A DNA stretch of 11,527 bases, taken from positions 1 to 11,527 of IMG/VR virus record IMGVR_UViG_3300028832_000129. One strand, given 5' to 3'. Numbering within the stretch: the stretch's first letter is position 1; every line of letters starts with the position of its first letter. Under the pieces are notes generated by a model. That model was not told the origin of the DNA. It made no database searches and was given only the letters and a program-made list of their open reading frames with translations. This document shows positions 5,573 through 11,527 of this stretch, piece by piece. The position numbers and the translations under genes are program-made. The stretch is from a virus. Its lineage: Duplodnaviria; Heunggongvirae; Uroviricota; Caudoviricetes.

Positions 5573-8500
5573 TGAATCCGATACCACTTAGTGAACGCGG
5601 GCAATTCCGCTATGCAGACTTCGTAGAATACATCCCGGAGTTCCTCTGGGAAGAACCGGACGTGGTTGAGCTACTCCAGGTGATGAGCGACTATATCAAC
5701 GACGCGTACAGGAACATCGAGGACGTCGAGGAGTTCGAGTTCAAGCTGTGCGTCGCCGAGTCCAAGGTCGGAAAGGGAAGGAAGAAGCTCGAGCGGCTGC
5801 GCTCCATGTTCAACCTCGCTTCCGGACGCGGCGAACGCGTATATTACCTGTCGGTCCCCCGCGCCAACGTGAAGTCCAACGCCGTGTTCGGCAAGGGAAC
5901 TGGCTACACCCCGTACTATGTTGACGTGGGGTTGCCCGAGGTCGCTGACACCATACCGAACATATCGTCAGTGGACAAGAAGATAGATGAGCTCTCCGAC
6001 GGGGACGTGGTGTTCGTGAGATACACCTCGCTTGACCCGGTAGTCACCAAGGCATACTATTATTCCAGCGAATCGCACTCACTGCTGCTCGAATCCGAAG
6101 GCACGACGCAGGACCCGTTCACCGATACCGACAACAGCGAATCCAGGATGATTTCGTTCAGCGTCAGCGACATTTCGTCGGTGAACAAGAGGTTCGGCGG
6201 CACGAGCGGCGGAAACACGTATTACGAGATTTTCTTCACTGCCAGGATAAGCGACGTCAAGTCCGAGCGGGCGGTGGATACGGTGGAGTTCGAGGCAGAC
6301 CAGGTCAACGACGTGAAGGATACCCTGGTGGTCGACTATTACGGCATGACCTATGTGCCCGGAAACAAGTACTATACGGCAATGTCCTTCTACGGGGAAG
6401 ACGGCTGGTCATGGAAGAGTGGATACCCGACGGGAATGTTCTACCTCAAGGAATCCAGCGGTGCCAGGCTAGACGCCGTAGGAGACACCCTCGGGACGAA
6501 CAGGGACCTGCTGGGGGACCCGGCAATAGTCAAGTCGTCTTCGAGGTACGCCATGTCGGCGGACGCCAGGTTCGACGCGCTGTCCGGCATGTGGGAGTTC
6601 GTGACTTCGTCGCCCCTTCCCCAGATGCCGGGAAGCAAGTTCTATGTCGTTGACGGCAAGACGGGCGAGCCGCACGGCGAGTTCGTGCTGATGCAGGATA
6701 CTTCCATCGACGACCGGTTCGTGAGCAGGATGACGGCGTCCTGGTGCGACTCCGAATACGAGAGTACCGGAATCATCCCGATGGATTCGGTGTTCCTCAT
6801 GAACTTCCCGATGTATTACGGGAAGGGTGTTCCGGACTATGCGCATTCCGAGACGCTTCTTACATGGAAATACGTGAGCGGCAGCATGAACATAGACTGG
6901 AAATCGGCCAGGATGAAGCGATTCGACGTGGACGGCAATGTAGTCAAGCTAGGCGAGCCGTTCATCCCGGAACTGGCCAGCGCCTATTCGTTCATCGCTC
7001 CGGCCGACATATACGGCACACTGGAGAGGCATGACCCGAACAATCCCCCGCTGTATGCCGGCGGGTCCCTCTGGGACGGCCTGGCGAAGCCGGTGTCGAT
7101 TGCACCGGTAGCCGACGGGAGGTACAAGTTCAAGATGAAGACGCAGCTGCATGCGGTGCAGGAACCGGTGCAGCTGTATGCCGGGCTGATTGGCATGCTC
7201 ACGGTCGACGGCGAAGGCCGCTGCACATGGTCGGACGAGCACAGCGTCCCCTACATCAGGGAGTACCTGTATTCCCCGGAAAGCCCGGACAGCCTCACCG
7301 GATACCTGGCGTGCTATGCGCCGGACGGCACGGTGCTGCCCCTCAGGGTGGTCGACATAGACCCGGCTACCCTTGAAGTCAAGACGGTCGACCCGATTGC
7401 CGAGGGTTCCTATGCGTGCGCATTGATGAGGCAGGCCTCCGGCGGTCATGCGGAGAAATTCAAGGAAGTATCCCGTTACGGCGAAGCCTACCTGCGAGGA
7501 GTCCCGGACAGGCACTCGGGCGACGTATATACGGCCGGTACGTTCTACGTGACCGACGGCTCCGGGAACAGCGCATTCGTCGAGGTCGGCGACCCGGATT
7601 TCCCGGTGCTGCCGGTGTTGGCCGATACTACCTATACGAAGGGCGATGTCGTATACGATGGTGCCGACACCCTGTACGAGTGCATCAACAACTATACGAC
7701 CGACGGGTCGGACGACATATCCGCACGTCCGGAATTCCGGGTGGACCAGGTAAGGTGTCGCCGCATCGGGTATACCGAGATATATAACGCCTTCATCCCG
7801 TACTACGGGCAGGTAAAGGCGCTGGATTTCGGCGGCAAGGTCGAGTATACCGGCGACATGGGAGTCACTACCATGCCGCTGTACATCACCAAGGTGGTGG
7901 AGAACCGCCTGAAGTATGGCTGGGAACACCGCGAGTTCCTCAACTACGGGACAATGATGAACATGAGCGGGCGGGACCGCAACGGCTCCGTCGACATATT
8001 CAGTTCCGCCAGGTCAGGCGACCCAGGCGCGTTCGAGACCGCCAAGGACGCCGTTACGACTACGCTCGACAGGAAGGTCAAGTGGGTAATCAACTATCCG
8101 GTCATCAAGCGCGGCGCGAATTCTTCCATGTCTGTCGACATCGACAACCTGGTCGCCGTCCCAGTGGAGGGAAAGCTCGACAGGTGGACTGTAACCCTGC
8201 AGAGTGCCGGCCACGGGATGGTGGAAGGCGCTAGCGTATTGGTAAAGGGTTTCCCGGTAACCCAGGAAGTCGACGTCAACGGGATTTACCGCCTGCACGT
8301 AATCGACGGGGACAACGTAAGCTTCGACGTACCGGCCGTGTCCGGTGCCGCGGCTGGCCTTGTCTACCTCCCGGTCGGCCCCGGTATGTCCGTGATGTAC
8401 ATAGGCGACTACTGGATGGAAATTGCGAGCATATCCGATGCCGGGGACGGGACGTACGTATTCTCCCTGGACGGAGATATCCCGCCGCTTTCCGTCGGCG

Positions 8501-10617
8501 ACAGCGTCACCGTATATGACGCGGATGTCGCCTGCGGCAAGACGTCCGGAAAGGATAGCTTCGCCGTTACCGTTACGGGAATAGTCACGGTGGACGAATC
8601 CAGGGCGGCGACCGTCACCTGCACCTGCACTGATGCATCGCTTTCCTCACAGCTGGGCGATGCGCTGCAGTTGCGCAGGCAAATCGCGGCCGGCGACTAC
8701 GTCATGGTTGACGGGGCAATCTACCGCGTATCAGCCGGTGAATGGCAGGAGAAGGAACGCAACGACCTTTCCGTGCCGTCCGTGCTGATGTCCAAGGAGA
8801 ACCTGATGGATGTCACCGAGACAAACCCGGAATTCGCTCTCGGCGACGATATCCGTATCGACGCAATCATCCCGGAAGGTGCCGACATTGCCGTCGTTCG
8901 CCTGAAGGACATGCTACCGCACTTTACCGTGGAGAACGCATCCGCAATCAACGGGCGCACCATGGTGAAGGTGAGGAACGTCACGCCCAGCCAGTACAAC
9001 GGCTGGCATACGGTCACCGAGGTAATCGGGCCGAAGGCGTTCAGGATGGCGGTTCGGCTTTCCGAATCCGCGGTGACCGAGGGTACTGGTATCAACGGGG
9101 AGGAGATGTACCTCAACGAGGGACGCTGGTATGCGTTCACTGTGAACGGCGTCGACTGGGACAAGGTCAGCAACCGGGTAACCTACTCGCTGAACAACAC
9201 GATTGAGGCCGGGCAGACCGGCGATACGCTGGTGACCAAGTTCGAGCATCGGCTCGAGAAGGGCGACCACGTCATTGTCGGGGAGATGGATACCATTGTT
9301 TCCGCAGACGAGGACAACAAGGCGGAGGCCGCCTCCGGCATAAGGACTTGCGTGGTGTCGAACGTTCTAGGGAAGACCGGCCTGCAGCTTGTCGACCTGT
9401 CGGGGAATCCGGTTACGGGGTTCGACCGGGAAGTCTGCATAGCGCGCGGCGTGGTGCTGACGGCCCGCGAGGACGACCTCGGCTCGCTCCGCAACGAGTA
9501 TACCAGGAACCTGGTGTCATTGGGCGGGACGAAGTACAGGTTCCGCTCGGGCGACATCGTGGTCGCGCTGGCGCAGCAGAACCCGTGCGAAGTGAAGGCA
9601 TGGAGGGTTGTCGCCGACGACAGCTGGCAGCCCATCAGGGCGAAGCGCTCGCTGAAGGTCAATTCCCTCGGCGTACACAGCTACGGCAACGGTGCATACA
9701 ACGGCGTCGACGTGGAGGCGGACGAGGATACCGTCAAGTACAACACGTACAGCGACGTAGATGTCGCCGGGTTCCCGGGGGATGTCTATGTGGCGGGATA
9801 CCGGTGCGTCGAGAAGCAGAACTTCTCCCGTCCGCACCTCGAAGACCTGGATACCACAAGGGACGCCAATACCGAGTACTCGTCCGGAGAGGACTTCTCC
9901 AACGTGTCGCCGAGGCACAACATGAAGGCTTCCTTCAAGGGAGTGCCGGCGATGAAGTACCCGCTGGTCGAGAAGATTGAGCGCCTGTGCTACCTGCGCG
10001 ACGCCCACGTCATTGACTACGACATGATTGAGTACCTCGCCAGGTTCCTTGGCTACGATATCACCGCGCTCGGCGCGGACGTGGCGGAGAGCAACCTGTA
10101 CGCCACCAAGAGCGAGAGGGAGATGGCGGTGAGGGAGACCGTGGCTAACCTCCCGCAGTACTACGCCCTCGGCGGCACCAAGTCCGGCCTCCATATGCTT
10201 ATGAGCGCGTTCGGCGTGATAGCCGACGTTCTGACCCTGTGGACGGATGCCAACAGCCCGTATTCCGAGCTGATTACCAGGGACGAGGTGATTGCCCGAA
10301 TGGAGGACGGCGATTCCGGCAAGTGGGTGCCCAGCCCGTACATCGACATCGAGGTGACGAACAACGCTGCGCTGCCGCAGTTCTCGGTCACCCAGAGCGA
10401 CATCGAGCGCATCCGGGAGCAAATCAGGGTGTTCAAGCCAATCAACGTGGTATTCCGGGATTTCCTGTACAAGATTGTGGATACGGCCAAGGTAAGGCCG
10501 ACCATATCCTTCGGGGAGATATCCGGGTCGAGCGATTGCGGGGCCATATCGAGCAGCGGCAAGGTATTGCTGGACATACAGTATTCGGAAGATTACCTGA
10601 ATACATGCGCATTCTAG
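5572..10617 (+). CDS. Very large baseplate protein (1681 aa): T4 gp7 / P2 gpI-like scaffold plus accessory beta-rich domains
   Basis: Translationally coupled to the gp6-like gene by a TGATG overlap at 5570-5574. N-terminal 'EYIPEFL...ELLQVMSDY' and C-terminal 'LRDAHVIDYDMIEYLARFLGYD...RETVANLPQYYALGGTKSGLHMLMSAFG...IREQIRVFKPINVVF' match gpI/gp7-type motifs (D...P...L..LA..LG; R........Y..KGT..G; I...KPAH). Confidence 0.72.
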   Translation: MNPIPLSERGQFRYADFVEYIPEFLWEEPDVVELLQVMSDYINDAYRNIEDVEEFEFKLCVAESKVGKGRKKLERLRSMFNLASGRGERVYYLSVPRANVKSNAVFGKGTGYTPYYVDVGLPEVADTIPNISSVDKKIDELSDGDVVFVRYTSLDPVVTKAYYYSSESHSLLLESEGTTQDPFTDTDNSESRMISFSVSDISSVNKRFGGTSGGNTYYEIFFTARISDVKSERAVDTVEFEADQVNDVKDTLVVDYYGMTYVPGNKYYTAMSFYGEDGWSWKSGYPTGMFYLKESSGARLDAVGDTLGTNRDLLGDPAIVKSSSRYAMSADARFDALSGMWEFVTSSPLPQMPGSKFYVVDGKTGEPHGEFVLMQDTSIDDRFVSRMTASWCDSEYESTGIIPMDSVFLMNFPMYYGKGVPDYAHSETLLTWKYVSGSMNIDWKSARMKRFDVDGNVVKLGEPFIPELASAYSFIAPADIYGTLERHDPNNPPLYAGGSLWDGLAKPVSIAPVADGRYKFKMKTQLHAVQEPVQLYAGLIGMLTVDGEGRCTWSDEHSVPYIREYLYSPESPDSLTGYLACYAPDGTVLPLRVVDIDPATLEVKTVDPIAEGSYACALMRQASGGHAEKFKEVSRYGEAYLRGVPDRHSGDVYTAGTFYVTDGSGNSAFVEVGDPDFPVLPVLADTTYTKGDVVYDGADTLYECINNYTTDGSDDISARPEFRVDQVRCRRIGYTEIYNAFIPYYGQVKALDFGGKVEYTGDMGVTTMPLYITKVVENRLKYGWEHREFLNYGTMMNMSGRDRNGSVDIFSSARSGDPGAFETAKDAVTTTLDRKVKWVINYPVIKRGANSSMSVDIDNLVAVPVEGKLDRWTVTLQSAGHGMVEGASVLVKGFPVTQEVDVNGIYRLHVIDGDNVSFDVPAVSGAAAGLVYLPVGPGMSVMYIGDYWMEIASISDAGDGTYVFSLDGDIPPLSVGDSVTVYDADVACGKTSGKDSFAVTVTGIVTVDESRAATVTCTCTDASLSSQLGDALQLRRQIAAGDYVMVDGAIYRVSAGEWQEKERNDLSVPSVLMSKENLMDVTETNPEFALGDDIRIDAIIPEGADIAVVRLKDMLPHFTVENASAINGRTMVKVRNVTPSQYNGWHTVTEVIGPKAFRMAVRLSESAVTEGTGINGEEMYLNEGRWYAFTVNGVDWDKVSNRVTYSLNNTIEAGQTGDTLVTKFEHRLEKGDHVIVGEMDTIVSADEDNKAEAASGIRTCVVSNVLGKTGLQLVDLSGNPVTGFDREVCIARGVVLTAREDDLGSLRNEYTRNLVSLGGTKYRFRSGDIVVALAQQNPCEVKAWRVVADDSWQPIRAKRSLKVNSLGVHSYGNGAYNGVDVEADEDTVKYNTYSDVDVAGFPGDVYVAGYRCVEKQNFSRPHLEDLDTTRDANTEYSSGEDFSNVSPRHNMKASFKGVPAMKYPLVEKIERLCYLRDAHVIDYDMIEYLARFLGYDITALGADVAESNLYATKSEREMAVRETVANLPQYYALGGTKSGLHMLMSAFGVIADVLTLWTDANSPYSELITRDEVIARMEDGDSGKWVPSPYIDIEVTNNAALPQFSVTQSDIERIREQIRVFKPINVVFRDFLYKIVDTAKVRPTISFGEISGSSDCGAISSSGKVLLDIQYSEDYLNTCAF

Positions 10618-10620
10618 AGT

Positions 10621-10651
10621 AAAATCCCGGGATTGTCCGGGATTTTTCTTT
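10621..10651 (+). terminator. Intrinsic terminator after the baseplate operon
   Basis: 10-bp stem AAAATCCCGG (10621-10630) / CCGGGATTTT (10637-10646), loop GATTGT, then TCTTT; begins 3 nt after TAG10617. Confidence 0.85.
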
Positions 10652-10669
10652 ATGTGGCGGTTTTGTGGT

Positions 10670-10679
10670 ATATAAACTA
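10670..10679 (+). promoter_or_regulatory. Candidate phage late promoter ATATAAACTA
   Basis: Third identical copy, just after a terminator and 34 nt upstream of ATG10714. Confidence 0.65.
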
Positions 10680-10713
10680 GTTTTTTGAATGAAAATAGCC
10701 GGAAACTAGTCGC

Positions 10714-11527
10714 ATGAACAAGATTACGCTAACTGCCAGAGGCAGGGAAATCCTTTCGCCAAACACGCTTCAGGGCGGTGAAACTTACTGGGTTGGATAC
10801 TTTGGCCTGGCCTACGTGCCGGACCAGGGCCGGTTCAGTGACAAGCAGACGAGGCTCATCAACGATAACGAACACGGTGACTACATCTACAACCTTTGGC
10901 AGGGCGACCTGGTGAACGAGGGCCATTTAATCGCTTCGGACAACCTCCGCAAGCTGACGATGTATGACCGTAATCTCACCTCCAATTTCCGCTACATGTA
11001 CGACGACGAGAAGGATTGCAACCGTCTCGTCACCTGGACTACCAAGGACGACAGTGAATCCGGCTCATCGTCATATGTCAGGGAAGGCTACCACATTTAC
11101 AACGGCATTACACAGGGCGAATCCAACAATACAGGCGATACTGATACCGAGTCCGAGCTGCCTTGCCCGGCACCCCTGTTCTATGCGGGAGGTTCCGCAT
11201 CGTACGGTACGGCTCCGGGGAATCCGGCAGACTTCATGGAAACCGTATCTCCCGACTGGCCGAAATGCAAGGTCAATAATTACGATTGTCCGATGGTTAC
11301 CCCGGACATGAGGGCATATCCCGGGACATGGGCGGGGGCTACCGGTTCTGACTGGGACTGGGTCCCGCAAAATGCGGGCAAGTACGATACCTTGCCGTCC
11401 TATATTACCCGGAAGACTGCTGCCGGCGAAGATGGCGCCGAATCACTCGACCAGTATGCCAAGTTCCTCAGCGTATCCAATTTCAACAAGGAACACGGCC
11501 ACGTATCGGCCGAGGGTTACAATGTCG
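10714..11527 (+). CDS. Putative tail fibre / baseplate-distal structural protein (3'-truncated, at least 271 aa; absent from the ORF track)
   Basis: My translation is open from ATG10714 to the window end: MNKITLTARGREILSPNTLQGGETYWVGYFGLAY...SAEGYNV. The start 'ITLTARGREIL' resembles the tail-collar-fibre N-terminal anchor (.LT.AG...LA). Its position after gpJ- and gpI-like genes is where gpH-like fibres lie. Confidence 0.7.
   Translation, partial: MNKITLTARGREILSPNTLQGGETYWVGYFGLAYVPDQGRFSDKQTRLINDNEHGDYIYNLWQGDLVNEGHLIASDNLRKLTMYDRNLTSNFRYMYDDEKDCNRLVTWTTKDDSESGSSSYVREGYHIYNGITQGESNNTGDTDTESELPCPAPLFYAGGSASYGTAPGNPADFMETVSPDWPKCKVNNYDCPMVTPDMRAYPGTWAGATGSDWDWVPQNAGKYDTLPSYITRKTAAGEDGAESLDQYAKFLSVSNFNKEHGHVSAEGYNV

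Noticed and set aside
2975-10577. Long antisense ORFs (2975..3757, 4136..4840, 6949..7929, 9517..10422 and others)
   Set aside because: They lie opposite strongly supported genes, as expected from GC-rich third positions. They have no motifs or RBS and show the typical V/H/L/R-rich shadow composition.
5570-10617. Stop-codon reassignment, as seen in some large phages
   Set aside because: Long genes are intact under code 11. TAA, TGA (5570-5572, coupled to the next ATG) and TAG (10615-10617, directly followed by a terminator) all act as real stops.
6411-10622. Same-strand alternative-frame ORFs inside the 1681-aa gene (e.g. 8742..9206, 9348..9980, 10239..10622)
   Set aside because: Arg-rich off-frame translations. 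No slippery sequence or other evidence of frameshifting or overprinting was seen.
10729-11370. ORF-track calls 10729..10926 (-), 10964..11311 (+) and 11071..11370 (-)
   Set aside because: Better explained by the single frame open from ATG10714 to the window end, which follows a promoter motif and has genome-typical codon usage.
3002-11527. Contractile injection system, tailocin or T6SS rather than a phage
   Set aside because: gp13/gp14-like neck proteins imply a head-tail junction, and the late-promoter-like motif fits a phage. No capsid or terminase gene is in the window, so this is not formally excluded.

Overview
The window is a virion-morphogenesis region of a large, GC-rich (roughly high-50s % by eye) contractile-tailed phage or prophage with T4-superfamily-like neck proteins. 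All product calls come from motif recognition by eye, not database searches. Gene order: 5'-truncated gp13-like neck gene (+); bidirectional terminator; DEDDh 3'-5' exonuclease (-); small double zinc-finger protein (-); gp14-like neck/head-completion gene (-); divergent promoter pair; gp6/gpJ-like baseplate wedge (+, 856 aa); a 1681-aa gp7/gpI-like baseplate protein whose scaffold is split by about 1400 aa of accessory domains (+); terminator; 3'-truncated tail-fibre-like gene missed by the ORF track (+). Most notable non-annotated signals: (i) an exact 19-bp direct repeat, containing a stop codon plus a promoter-like box, flanking the zinc-finger gene like an excisable cassette; (ii) a candidate phage late-promoter motif ATATAAACTA in three copies, each upstream of a structural gene, two of them back-to-back; (iii) apparent total absence of GATC in 11.5 kb, with matching synonymous codon choices; (iv) two terminators with near-identical arms. 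No RNA genes, CRISPR arrays or transposases were seen, and the standard genetic code fits all genes.
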